A stretch of 64,000 nt of DNA from the NCBI GenBank assembly GCA_012295275.1, contig CM022675.1:11656001-11720000 (forward strand), written 5' to 3'. This DNA is from Chrysomallon squamiferum. Lineage: Eukaryota; Animalia; Mollusca. Shown here in pieces: positions 40,404 through 54,039 of this stretch. The position numbers were made by a program, and so were the translations under genes. How positions within the stretch are numbered: position 1 is the stretch's first letter; each line of letters opens with the position of its first letter. The notes under the pieces are model-generated. The model was not told the DNA's origin, did not search any database, and saw nothing but the letters and a program-made list of their open reading frames with translations.

Positions 40404-40960
40404 TTGAAAACAGTCACCCATATTATTAACCTCATTGGGAATAATAAAAATAGTCACCCATAATTAACCTCCTTGGGAATCAAAAAAAGTTGCCCATAAT
40501 TAACCTCCTTGGGAATGAAAAACAGTCACCCAAATTAACCTCCTTGGAAATCAAAAATAGTCACCCAACTTAACATCACTGGATATCAAAAATTGACTGG
40601 ATATCAAAAATAGTCACCCAAATTAACCTCCTTGGGAATGAAAAATAGTCACCCAAATTAACATCCTTGGAAATCAAAAATAGTCACCCAACTTAACATC
40701 ACTGGATATCAAAAATAGTCACCCAACTTAACATCACTGGATATCAAAAATAGTCACCCATAATTAACCTCCTTGGATAGAAAAAAATAGTCACCCAAAT
40801 AATTAAATGACTTCACCCAAAAACCTCCTTGGGAAAAAAATAGTCACCCATAATTAACATCCTTGGAAATCAAAAAAAAACAGTCACCCCTAAATTAACA
40901 TCCATGATATCAAAAATAGTCACCCATAAAAATTAAACCAAAAAGGTCACCCAAATTAAG
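40404..40960. repeat. ~35-bp tandem minisatellite (about 16 copies) resembling the adjacent splice acceptor
   Basis: Unit aaaaatagtcacccaaattaacctccttgggaatc; 'gtcaccc' recurs about every 35 bp. Confidence 0.9.
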
Positions 40961-41469
40961 ATTCTAGATAGCACTTTGAATTATTATTAGTACTATTTTT
41001 TTAAAAGTTGCCTAAATTAATCTTCTAGATAGTTCAGAGAAATTTAAAAAGTTGCCCAAATTACCTGCAGCAGAAATACCACAGAAAGCCAGAAAATGTG
41101 AACAGAAATCAATCAAACGTACGTGTAGTGTAATATAAAGATATCAATAATAATGATGTAACAATGACAACAGCAGTAGCAGCAGCAGCAGCAATACTAA
41201 TAATGGTAATAATAAACAATAGCAGAAGGAGTGGTTGAGGTTGTAATAATAAAAATACAACTACTACTACTATTACTACTATTACTACTACTACAATTAC
41301 TACTACTGCTACTGCTGCTACTACTAATAATAATAACCAATATCAGAGGTACTTATTGTAGTAGTAGTAGTAATAAAAGAAAATACTAATACAACTACTA
41401 TTACTACTAGTACTACTACTACTAATAATAATAATAAATACTATCTGTGGTTGTGGTACTAGTTATGCC

Positions 41470-41503
<34 letters not shown>

Positions 41504-42966
41504 TAAGTAGTAGTAGTAGTACTAGTTATAACAGTAGTGGTAATAACAACCTAACAGTTAAAAGAATAACAACAACATACTGATATTGTAAAAGCAACCA
41601 TGATACTATTAATAGCAACAAAATAACGATAATAAAGATAAATTATGTACGGTTTAATATGAATTTAATAGCTTCAGTTTTAAAATCTATTACACGGTCA
41701 TTAAATGTGTGTTATTCAGTCAATTAATGTCAGTTTTTATTTCCTCAATCAGGTTTACTGTTTACAGAGAACTGTATATGTCAACAAGTTTCAATTAACA
41801 TGAGAGATAAAAACTTTTTAATCTCAGAATATAAAAAAAATAAAAAAAAAAAAAAATAAGAAGAAAAAAATGTATTAATGAAATATCTTTGTGTCCGTTT
41901 TTTTTTGCATATAATATAAAAAGCAAAACCATTTTCAGTATTTATATAAAAGCATATTAATATAATATCTTTTAATGCTACCTATTTCTACACACATATA
42001 CATACACAGAGGCACACACACACACATCTATATATATATATATATATATATAATACATATAAACATATAAACAGAGAGACAGACAGACAGACAGACATCA
42101 ACATATTAATGTAATATCTATTTCTTTTTCAGTCAGATATGAAAGGTAATCTTTACATAACATGTAATATCAACTGTGTATCTTTTAGGGGTTTTTTTTT
42201 TTGGGGGGTCGAAGATGAAAAAGATTTTTTGATTTCGACATAAAATCATGACAAACGAATCTATCATAACATCACCGTCACATAAATAATAATAAATGCA
42301 CCAAACACTGGAAGATGAAAATCCATAGCCAACTTGTTAGAGAATTGCCAGCAATCAATTGTGAGCATACATGTCCAATTATAGCTGCAACTCATTAGGG
42401 CCTTTGATGTTTCTGTTAATGGGAACAGAAAATGTTTGATATTCTCAATGAGACACATCTCTGTATAAACAAGCCTTTCGTGAAAGAAATTTACTATTAA
42501 TATGACAACTTGTCTTGGTTAGAAATTGTCCATATGATGCCATGAAGTTAATTTATTTTCATCAGACATAATATACCACTAGAAATAAAAACTTCTAAAT
42601 GAAGCTAAATCAACAAGCTGCTGCTACTACTACAACCATTATTATTATTAATACTACTGCTACTACAACAATGACCATTACCACTGTTACTGCTATTACT
42701 GCTGATGCAACAACGAATACACCTACAACTAACACAATTACTACTACTACAACCACTATTAATACTAATATTACTACTCACTTCTGCTACGTCTACCACA
42801 ACTATTACAACTACAACTACCACAACTGCCACTACTACTAAAACAATTACTGTCATCTTAGTACTATAAGTATAACTACCAGCATAATACAAAATTGTTT
42901 CCAAAATTAGTACAACAATCATCAGATAATGACAAAGATGAAAACTACCACTACCACCTACTACTA

Positions 42967-43007
<41 letters not shown>

Positions 43008-43061
43008 ACAACTGCTACCACTGCTCCTGCTGCTGCTTACTATTATTTAAACAATACATAC

Positions 43062-43203
43062 CTTCTTCTCGACTATGGCACTGTTCTTCGACATTAGATC
43101 TGTCGAATCTGTCGATAGCATTCAGAATATCTTCTTTTGACGGAGCCAAATTATTCTTTTTAATCTTCGACGAAGGGCGGAGCCTTCCGAACATAGAATC
43201 CAT
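43062..43203 (-). CDS. TBC1D5: TBC1D5 probable first coding exon (exon starts at 43211, ATG at 43203)
   Basis: tttgcag|TTGTGAAT ATG GAT TCT ATG...GAA G|gtatgt; MDSMFGRLRPSSKIKKNNLAPSKEDILNAIDRFDRSNVEEQCHSREE; phase 1 joins the exon at 40397. Confidence 0.72.
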
Positions 43204-45299
43204 ATTCACAACTGCAAACAAGAGAAGAATTTTTTTTTTTTTGAACAGAAACATATTGTTTTAACCTCTTCCAATACTGAGAGTAAGTACACGATCAATA
43301 ACAGACTGCTGAAGTTTTCTACAATAAAATGTTGTAAAAGGACCAACTCCACAAAGACCAACACTAAAGGGAACAGTTAATCCCAAAACAGTCAGAGGAA
43401 TAGAAGAAAAAAAAAAAACTGCAAAGGTTTTAAAATCTCCCCAGAATTTATTTTTTTTTTTTTTTTTTTCTACATCTTTATGGCTTAGAAGAAAATGTAC
43501 TGGTAACCCAGCATGCCAGTCTCTATTTGCCTATTTTTCACTGTCAGGTAGATTTTGATAATTTATAACCATACTGTTATTATTTGGAATGATACAGCAT
43601 ATAAACCATATCACACTTTTTTTACATTAAAATATATCTCCAGCTGAGATATCATTGATAATAAAAGAGTTGAAATCCAGGCAGGAATGAAATTCTATAA
43701 TGGAAGAGGTTGCTTAAAATCAGTAACAGACCTTTCCATCCATTTAGTAATTTTATTTAAAAAGAAAACAATGAAAATATGAAACTATACACAGCATATT
43801 CCACAGAAATGAACATGTTATAATTATTATCTAAAACAGTCAATAAAAATTATAGCAGAAGACAAAATCACAGAACAGAACATAAAACATTAAAACAATT
43901 GAATGGTAAAGGATATGCCAAACTCTTTGATAAATCAGTTAGGAGAACAAGGTTGGATTGGGAAAACAGACCTGTAGGAAAGTATATTTCAAAATCTTTT
44001 GTAAGTTACATTTACAGGGAAATGGTTGGATTTGGAAAAAAACATACAGAAAGTTACTGTATTGACAGACATATCCATATATATATAGGAAATCTGAGCC
44101 ATAAATAAATAGAGGTTGGAACTGGTTAGAAGTGATTGCATTATCCATTTAAAAAAAAGATTTAGCACCAGGACAAAAAAAATTAAAATTTAACTGATTT
44201 AACGGAGAGCCAGGCTTTATAGTAACTGAATAAAGCTGATATATATTTGCCAGTAGAAATAACTGCACATTACTTGTATGAAAAACAAAACAGTTATATG
44301 CAAATATTATCATTCTGTTTAGATTTGTTATTCAAATCACTGTAGATACCTTGTTAACAAGAAATAAATTAGTCAATGAGAAAAAACACAATATATTTCA
44401 GTTGTTTGTTCACTATACCACCAACACATTTTAAGATGGATTTTTTGTTTCATTCTTTTAAAAAATTTAGTTATTACTTTTTACTTATTACTTTTATTTA
44501 ATTATTTATTGACTTATTTTTTAAATTTTTGTTTAATTACATTTTGAATGTTTAAAAATCAAATTAATTAAATAATAAAGAAATAGAGATCAAAATTAAT
44601 AAAGTGAGAAGTAAATAAAATAATGAACAAAAACTGTAAATAAATAAAATAATAACAGCATAATATATAATGAAATAAAATAAAATTTTAAAATAAAAAA
44701 AAAAAAAAAAAAAAAATGAATAAAAACAAACATGCAAGTAATTTGTTAACAAACAAAAAGGACAAATTTATTAAATAAACAAAACAAAACAAAAAAAAAA
44801 AACAAAAAAAAAATAAAATAAAAAAACTCGAAGCCCGCCAAACTCTTAAAAAATATGATAATCAAAAATAATTCCCCTTATTAAATTATTGGAAATCCAA
44901 TTATCAGCTTTGACACCTTATTAACAAAATATTCCCTGAACCACAAAACTCTTTTCATCTGTAACAAACGTGCGTAACAAGAATCAGACAGCACATGTGT
45001 CACACTGCGACATTCTTGCAAAAACAGATTGCACACACACACCGAACGGCAAATATCAATAAAGAAACATGCACCGCAACAACAATTAAAAACAACACAA
45101 AAGCTGCGACAAACTGAATTCCACACTACACAGCGATTCGAAACAGCTTCCGTTAACACCAGTTATTATCAGAAGGCAGACGACGATTCAGAAAGAAAAA
45201 GAAAAAAAAAAAAAAAAAAAAATCAATAACTATACACAAAACTGAACACTATCAGAAAAAATGTCCAGCGAGTGAAGTCGAAGGATGTTCTTCCCTTAC

Positions 45300-45477
45300 C
45301 TGAAGCAAGTTTCAAACTGTCGCAAAAATTTATTTCATTCCCACTGTCTCTCTGTGGTCTGCTGCTGCTGTTGTCAAGGTCAAGAGGGTTTGCCCAAGGT
45401 CAATGTCGTTGGTCATTTCCAAGGGGAGGAGATTATGCAGACGCTGTTACTGATATTCTCTGGTTCCAGCGGAGAAT
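45300..45477 (-). other. TBC1D5: Candidate upstream TBC1D5 exon (5'UTR or alternative N-terminus)
   Basis: GC-richer island bounded by atttcag|ATTCTCC and TCAG|gtaagg; the 3' half is open in phase 1. Confidence 0.5.
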
Positions 45478-46263
45478 CTGAAATATTTTAATATAATGAC
45501 GGGGTGAGTCATCAGCTGCAAGTGGGGAAACGATGCTGCAAGGACAATGGGTTGATGTGGTAGTGAGAGAGAAAAAAAAAACAAGCAGAAAAGGGTTGTG
45601 GGTAGGAGGAGGGTTAGGAAGTGAAGGTACATGGGGTTTGAGGCACGAATATTTATCTATTTTTTCATTGTATTTGAATTAAAATTTTTATTTATTTTAT
45701 ATATTTTTTTTTTTTTTTTTTTATATTATATATTTTTTTTTATTTTATTAGTTTATTAGTTTATTTTATTTTATTACCTTATATTTTATTTTTTTATTTT
45801 ATAATTTTATTTTATTTTATTTTATTTTATTTTATTTTATTTTATTTTATGTATTAATGTATTTATTTATTTATGTATTCATTTTTATTTTTTTTTTAAT
45901 TTGCATTTATTTATTTATTTTTTTATTATTAATATTTTTTTTATTATTGTTGTTGTTCACCTTAACTATATTAATATTCATGTAATTTTACTTTTTTGTG
46001 TTACTATGAATTATAGATTTTATGAAATTTCAATGTCATTTTAAATAACAACAACATTAACAACGAGAATAAAAAAAAATAGAATAAAAAATAAATAATA
46101 AATAAAATAAAAAAGATTATAACTGGTAATCTATAAAAATAGAAATATAATAAAATGTTTAAAATAAGAATAAATTTATAAAATCAACTAAATAATGAAA
46201 AACTGATTAATAAAATAAATAAATAATTAATTAAATAATTAAATAAATAAATAAGTAAATAAG

Positions 46264-46302
<39 letters not shown>

Positions 46303-46703
46303 ATACATAAATAGCATTAATAATTAAAACATTACAATCTTATATAAAAAAACCTAAAACAATTACTTTCTAAATTATCCAATAACTCTTCTCACCTGAT
46401 CACCTTATTAGCAAATTGATCTGTGACAGTAATTCAATTATTCAAATTGCTCTTAGGATGATTTGCTCAGTCAATGTATTAGCATCACCTGCTCAATACT
46501 GTTAAACAAACTGAACTGATGTCTGTGTCTGGTGTTGTTATTTAATTGTATGTGTAGAGGTACATCGTTTCTTTGTTACTGAGATCTAACCCTTTGTTAG
46601 TAATAAAGTTTGTCAAGTCTGTGATGATATATGGAGTTTACTATTATTATTTTTTTTTTTTATATATATATATATATATATCTATTACACAGACACATAT
46701 TAG

Positions 46704-46761
<58 letters not shown>

Positions 46762-48290
46762 GGATGTATGAAAATATGGAGAACAAATAAATACAAAATA
46801 ATTATTGGGGTTATTTGTATACATGTGTATATGTGTTAGTGTATGGGATAAGTGCATATATATATATATATATACATGCAAATTTAAATGATTATATGTA
46901 TGTAGGGTATGTATGAATGTATGTTTGTGTATGTGTATGTATATGCGTATATGTGTGTATGTATGTATGTGATGCTATATGTATGTCTGTGCATCCATTT
47001 CTTCAGGAAGGATGACCATATTTATTCCTGTATATTTCTTTTTATGCAAACTGATTATACAGCATCAACCATGTACTGAGAAAAACAAAAAATAAAAAAT
47101 AAAATTAAATAAAATTAAAAAAAATTACCAGTGTACAAAATTATGTGACTTACTTCATCCCACTTACAGTTAGCGTGTAATTATACTTAATGCTCCGCAG
47201 AAGCAAGGACTGGATCAATATGTGGGAGGAATTGACAATCACACAAATAAAGACCACCTCAATAATAGACCACTCTCTCTATGTTAGAAATTACATAATG
47301 GAATATTCAGTTCTCAGAAAGTGCCAGCCTGTGTCACTTGTTTTAACCTACTTAATTTACCCCTCAGAGAAAAAATGGAACATTTCTTAATAAAATAATT
47401 ATATATGTGAAACTATGTAGGTTAAAACAAATCCACACACACATACACATACATATATATATATGTGTAAAAGACATTATTTATTTATTATCGTAACTGA
47501 CAGTTTCGTGTATGGGGAATCTGCTGCATTAGAGCAAAATGAGGATAAAAATGATAAAGAATCAAAGCTTATATTAAAAATTAAATGTAATACACTTATT
47601 TTCTGGTACAAAATTAATGTACTGATGTAAAAAAATAATTAATATCTCTTTTCGGTTTATGAAGTATTCTAAGCCTTTATTTATTAAATAAAGAGATAAT
47701 GGAACTGTTATTCACCATAATATGATAATGTATGTTTGTGTTTTTTTTTAGTTGATTTATTTTTGTGTGTGGTTTAATTGATTAGAAGTTAAATATTTAT
47801 AACTTTTATACATTATGACAATTTTTTGGGGGGGATGACATGTAGCAATAAAAATCATATAAAAACACATTAAATATGACAATACATTAAAACTAAAATA
47901 TTCATCGCTATATTTTTTTTATTTATTTATTTTATTTTATTTTTTATTTTTTTATTATGCTATGCTATGTTATGTTATGTTATGTTATATTATTTCATTA
48001 TTTTATTTTTCAATTGTTTATTTCCTTTTTTTATTTTTATTTTTTTTAAATATGTCTCATGGAAATTCAAAGGTTACATTGAACATATAAATAAGGAAAT
48101 TTTTATTTTACTGTTACTATTTCTTGAAGTATGTCTCCAATAACTATGAGTATAAAAGCAATATAAATTCTTATTTTAAATGTTTACATCTTAAATGACA
48201 GTCAATCCTAAACCTACATTTACAAATAAATAAAATTACCTCATAATGAAACTTGATATTTTACATACTAATTATTGTCCATATAGTATG

Positions 48291-48331
<41 letters not shown>

Positions 48332-49218
48332 ATATTAAATATATACATAATAAAATGAATGCATAATGTACATTATTTTATTATTTCAAATTACTCTCAG
48401 TATTGAAAATCAATTAATTCTATTAAAAATATTAAAATTATATATTTAAAATTACCTCATGACGAAAACATCTTATTTCACACAAAAATTATTGGGTTGT
48501 TTTGAAAAGTAATAATATTAATAATGATAATTATTATTTATTTTTAATATTATTTTTTCTCTGATACAAGTATAAAAATCATAGATTCATAACCTGTATT
48601 ACTGCCAATATTGAAAAGTAATTAATCTTATATACTACATTATAAACTACATTAAATACATAAAAAATAATATTACGTGTTAAATTTGTTATTTTACATA
48701 CTATATATATTTATTTATTTATTTATTTATTTATTTATTTTATTGATAATGTATTATTATTTTTTTTTTATTATTTTTTTTTTTTCGTATATGTCTGATT
48801 CAAGCGTAACAATCACAGATTCATAATCTGTATTAAATATGGAAATAATGAAATTATTTCAAGATGTAACGGAGCCATTTTGCTGTCACCAGTGTGAGTT
48901 TATTTCTGTCTATCTGACAGCAGAAATTAATGTTTTAATTAGACAGTGTCTCTGTGAATTATGATGTTTTTGAGAGAAGATAAACATATTTATTATATAT
49001 AGTCAACTAACTGAGATTACACAATAATAATAAAATGTACAATAATAATTCTCTAAAGAAAAAAAAAAAAAAAAAAAGCTGATAAAGTGAAAAAAAAAAA
49101 AAAAAAAAAAAATGGAAAGTTATAAAAGGAAAAAAGAAAAAGAAATAAGACAAGAAATTATGAAATATTAATTTAACTGATATTGTTCATGACTAATTTC
49201 ACGAATTTTCCAATAAAA

Positions 49219-49253
<35 letters not shown>

Positions 49254-50033
49254 AGAAGAAGGCACAAATAACAATAAAAAGTAATATATATATATAAAAA
49301 AGGGAATTAGAAAAAAAGAATTACAGAATAATAATTGTTTGACCAAAAATTATGACCAAACAAGTATGACTAATCTGCAAGAATAGTTGAATGAAAAAAA
49401 AAAAATCATAAAAATTATATATATATTACTAATGATAAATAAATAAATAAATAAATGAGTTTAAATAATGATAATAACAAATTACAACAACAACAGATCA
49501 AAGAAACCAGTGTTACAGAGAAATTTGTAATTTTTTTTACTAAATTACTTATTAACCAAAATTTTACTGATAACATGCTCTGTTTGATATGAATATACCG
49601 ATGCAAAATAAATACATAAATAAACACATCTTGAGCTGCAGAAATAGTTATGTAACAAAGTATGTTTTGTTTGAAAAAAATAAAAAAAAAATTATTAAAA
49701 ATTTACCTATTCCAACATTAGGCAGTTCTCTATGAATTATGATGTTTTTGAAAGAACATAAATATTAGGCATTGTTAAAAAAAATGTATTCTCCATTTTA
49801 AAAATATTTCACTTAAATAATTGATCACTTTCTAACATAAGTCTTTGATAATGGATTATAAAAATACAGACACATACATAGAAAATTTTGTTGTTGTTCT
49901 GGTTGTGAATATAATTATTATATATTAGCAATCAAAAATATAAAAGTGATGTAAGGTGAATTAAAGTAAATATATTAAATTGTATCCATCAAAAATTTTC
50001 TTTTTCTTTTTTCTTTGAGGTATAATTTATTAC

Positions 50034-50079
<46 letters not shown>

Positions 50080-50529
50080 CAACATGTGAAATAAACTGGA
50101 GAATCCTAACATGCTTCTTTTTTTTTTTTTTTTTCTTGATATATTTATGTATGTATGTATGTATGTATTATTATTATTATTACTTCTTTTTTTTTTTAAT
50201 TTGTTATTTATAAAAAATTTTATTTATTTTAATTTTTAATTTTTTTTTTGTAATTGTCATGCAAAAGGAATGGAAGAAAGAAGAATGGAAAATTAAAAAC
50301 AAAAATATATAATTATCATTACATAAAATAAAAGAAAATAAAATAAGTCTTTCCCACAACCAAAACAAATCAATAATAACAATTTCAAATATCTGTTATA
50401 CAGATGTACTGAAAGATTTTCTTTTATTATTTTGATTGCACAGTCCATTCAATTATTTTGTAAAAATAAATCAATTTGTTCTTAATTTAAAAAAGACACA
50501 ATTAATACATTTCTCATTTAAGTTTCTGG

Positions 50530-50582
<53 letters not shown>

Positions 50583-50991
50583 AATTAATTATCCTTAAAA
50601 CTAAAGCAGATATGGCTGTCAAAGCAGACTGGTCAAAGTTTCGCTGAAATTTGAAAATGTGTGGCGTAATTATTGAAACAGTGGCACCGGTCCTATTCTC
50701 ATTTTATAATTAAATAAAGGCAAACTTAAATTAATCTCCTTCGAAGTTAATGTATAAATATACATGTATGTTCAAAATTAAATTAATAATAAAAATAATA
50801 ATAATAATTAAAAAATATTCATAATAATAATTATTATTATGATTGTTTCTACCGGCTTTGACAGATTCGTTCTGTGAAACCGTGTTTACGGTGTTGTTGT
50901 GGTTATGGATTTTAATTCAGTTTGGGAACTGTTTAACTATTGCTTACTGTTATAGAGATATCTCTTCTAAATAAAAGGAACAAGCTCTTAC

Positions 50992-51075
50992 CAGATTCTA
51001 GAGCTGACAAAAATCGTCAAAATAAATGAAGAAATATGGTCCCAAAAGAAATGATTACATTAACATCAAACCACA
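50992..51075 (-). other. Candidate non-coding first exon of TBC1D5
   Basis: Donor CTG|gtaaga at 50991 (a second, ACA|gtaagc, near 50947) just downstream of paired E-boxes, in CpG-containing DNA; start position approximate. Confidence 0.35.
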
Positions 51076-51092
51076 TCCCATATCCGTGTCAT

Positions 51093-51114
51093 GTCACATG
51101 ATTAAATCACGTGA
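51093..51114. promoter_or_regulatory. Paired CLEAR/M-box-like E-boxes (GTCACATGA and TCACGTGA)
   Basis: Motifs at 51093-51101 and 51107-51114, in a locally CpG-enriched region between divergent genes; MiT/TFE (TFEB) or USF-type consensus. Confidence 0.5.
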
Positions 51115-51186
51115 AAGATGGAGGACCTGAAACGCGGTTTTTTCTCTTACAAAAATACGTTCACACTGTGCCATTAAAAAAAAAAA

Positions 51187-51229
<43 letters not shown>

Positions 51230-51769
51230 CAAATAAGTAAATAAAAAAGTATAATAATAAAAAATAAAATAAATAAATAATAATTGAAAAATAATAAACG
51301 TTTGGCAAAAACATTCTCTTAATAAAATTGTACTGTCAAGTTTTGATATCATAAAATTGTCGATGTAAAACAGTATATGAAGTTATGTGTTTACTTAAGA
51401 CTCTAAACATTTTTCAGCTTGTTGTTCCATTAAATAAAACATTAACGAGTTTTGTGGTTACTTACGTGTAATACGATTATACGTTGACTAAATAAAATAG
51501 TAACAATAACATATAACAGTTCGATAGGATATAGCATTTACTATTTCTAATATTTTATTAATCTTATATTTTATCACTTCTATATTCATACCATTCTTTT
51601 ATTCTTGTACATAATTTTGATAAACGACAGTTAACCTTTAATAAAACACATTTTTTTTTTTTTTTTTTTTTTTGTAATTTAATTATAAGTAACATTGCTT
51701 GGATCCGCGTTTTAGGTTTCTTCCCCAAGTTGATAGACTGGTTCTAACATGATCAGAAATGCAGACAAC

Positions 51770-51870
51770 TGTCGAAACAAAGGGTGCGCGTTAGTAGTAC
51801 TAAATAAAACGTTCACTTTGCATTTGTGCAAAATTTTATGAGTAGTGAACGCGCCAAATGATATTCTCAG
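51770..51870 (+). other. Candidate non-coding first exon of TMEM169
   Basis: CpG cluster (gggtgcgcg, acgcgccaaa) ending in the donor CAG|gtaatt at 51871; a matching acceptor ttttccag|ATT at 53284 precedes the CDS. Start approximate. Confidence 0.35.
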
Positions 51871-53427
51871 GTAATTCCTATTTTTAGTTTTGAAATACGC
51901 ATAGAAATTTGCAATATTTGTGTTATAAACTGATACAAGTAACAAAAATTCTCAGGTGGTTTCGCGTAACACGTAATCATGATAATCATAATTATAATGC
52001 CTTTAATGGTATCTTAGTATCTATTATGTTACTTATAAAAACGGCTTGAATTTAAATACCCTCGCAGTACATGGAATGGCACCTATTTTTTAAATTATTA
52101 TTTATCTTATTCACATAATTATTATTTATTTATTATCATTATGGTGGTTTTTTTTTAAGTAGTGACTTCAAATGCCATTGAAATGGCAAAACATTTGGCA
52201 ATTGTTACGCGTCTGCCTAAACACACTTAGCAGCCGTCATAAAGCTCATAAGTACTTCCCATTAAAGTTAACGATTTAAAAACAACATTTATTGTTGACA
52301 AATGCTTTTGGATATTTTTTCCACATTTGCAGATAAAAAAAAACATTGGTAAATACGTGTGAATAGAATATGCTGGAAACACTGTCAACATAAATCTCAC
52401 TAATAAAATGGTGAATTGCTGAGACCATGCAACTGGCGATGTAGATCAAGTTCGTGGTCCTATTTTCTAGTTTTACTAATTATTTGTTTTTTTTCTGTAA
52501 GCACAGACAAGGAAAATAAATTATTTAATTTTATTAAACCCATCTAATAAATAAAATACTGATATTGTCATCATCTCACATAGCCTTTGTATACCTTGTA
52601 TACTAGCTTTTAGCACTAAAAGTTGATAAGTAAATTTGGAATAAGATCCAGTGATTCCAGTAAGTAAGTACGAGTAAACTGGTATCTGGGTCACACACAG
52701 TTAATATTTCACCAGGCTTTGCGCTGGCCAGGTTTCTTTGCTGTTGCCAGTGTTTACACTACAATTAACTGACAATTGTCTGTTTCTCATTAAAGTCATT
52801 TTCTATATTTCTTGTCTGTTGCCTTTGAAGTGCACGCAAAATCATTTGTCAAAAATACTGAAATCTTAGATGCCAGCTCTAATTTCCACATCCTAGGATA
52901 TTCTGTTCCCCTGTATAACAAAGTTGTTTTGCCTGCAAATATGAAATTTTTTTCTTTCCAGAAACCATTTGTACTAAAGTAAATATTGTTTTCAAATAAT
53001 TAATTTTAAATAGCTTGCTGACAGTGTTTAGTCATTCTAATTTTTACTGTAAATTTGTGTAAGAACACTTCAGTTTTAGGTTTATTATGAATTAATTATC
53101 ATCACCAGGCTGATGAATAAAAGGAAAATTATTTAAATTCACTAGCCAGAAGTGACCAGATGGAAAAATACTGAAAGATGCTGAGGTGAAAAACCAGAAA
53201 TGAACTAAACAGAATCAAAATTACAAATTAATGATTAAAAGAATAGTGACTAAGAATTTATTTTTTTTAATATATTTTTTCCAGATTGCAGTTTAAAATA
53301 TCAAATACTACTGTGTTAAAGTACACATAAATATTGCAATTCCACCACATACATTGATATGATCTGCCGATGTAGACATAAAAAGTGAGAGCCAACAGCT
53401 TTTTGGTGACAGTTAAGAACATTTAAG

Positions 53428-54039
53428 ATGGGTAAAGAAGATCAAATAATGGAATTCGTCGAGTTGCAGCAGCCATTATCCTCGAAGGAACAGTGTCATC
53501 CAGAAGCTGACCATCCTGTCACGATGACGGGGACAATTGTCCGTGGATACCAGACTGGACAAGTGGTCCAGGTGCAGATGGATCTTTCTGACAAACAGCT
53601 GCAACGACTGACCAGCAGGGAAGAACCAACTCCAACGACAGTGTGTGGCAGACGTAAAGGTCCTCACATACTGTTGCTGTCCTTCTTTTGCATTCCGTTT
53701 GCCCTTTTCTCATCTATTTGCGTTGCTTTCTACATGGGAACAATGACTTGGTACAATTTGCATTTGTATTTTAGCGAAGACAAAAGCATTTGGCACAGAA
53801 TAACGATATGTCCGTTGCTCATATTGACTTTCCCGTTCACTGTTGGACTTTCTGCTGTTGGTATAGGATTTTATGCTTCGGTAATTCAGGTGTCGTGGTC
53901 TTACAGCAGCTGGTACAAGGAATTCTGGGACTTCGAGAAGGGTTTTTTCGGCTGGGTGTGTAAGAAATGTGGTCTGCCCCAGTGCTCACCTTACGAAGTT
54001 GTAATTTTAGACGAATCTCAGCAGACTCTTCCTGATTAA
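53428..54039 (+). CDS. TMEM169: Transmembrane protein 169 homolog, 203 aa, single coding exon
   Basis: Intact ATG-to-TAA ORF with TMEM169 family motifs VTMTGTIVRG..GQVVQVQMDL, GPHILL, FYMGTMTWYN, CPLLIL, QVSWS, EKGFFGWVCKKCGLPQCSPYEVV and two hydrophobic segments. Confidence 0.93.
   Translation: MGKEDQIMEFVELQQPLSSKEQCHPEADHPVTMTGTIVRGYQTGQVVQVQMDLSDKQLQRLTSREEPTPTTVCGRRKGPHILLLSFFCIPFALFSSICVAFYMGTMTWYNLHLYFSEDKSIWHRITICPLLILTFPFTVGLSAVGIGFYASVIQVSWSYSSWYKEFWDFEKGFFGWVCKKCGLPQCSPYEVVILDESQQTLPD

Noticed and set aside
40404-40960. Regular repeat array superficially like a CRISPR array
   Set aside because: No unique spacers, no cas genes, eukaryotic intron; it is a simple tandem minisatellite.
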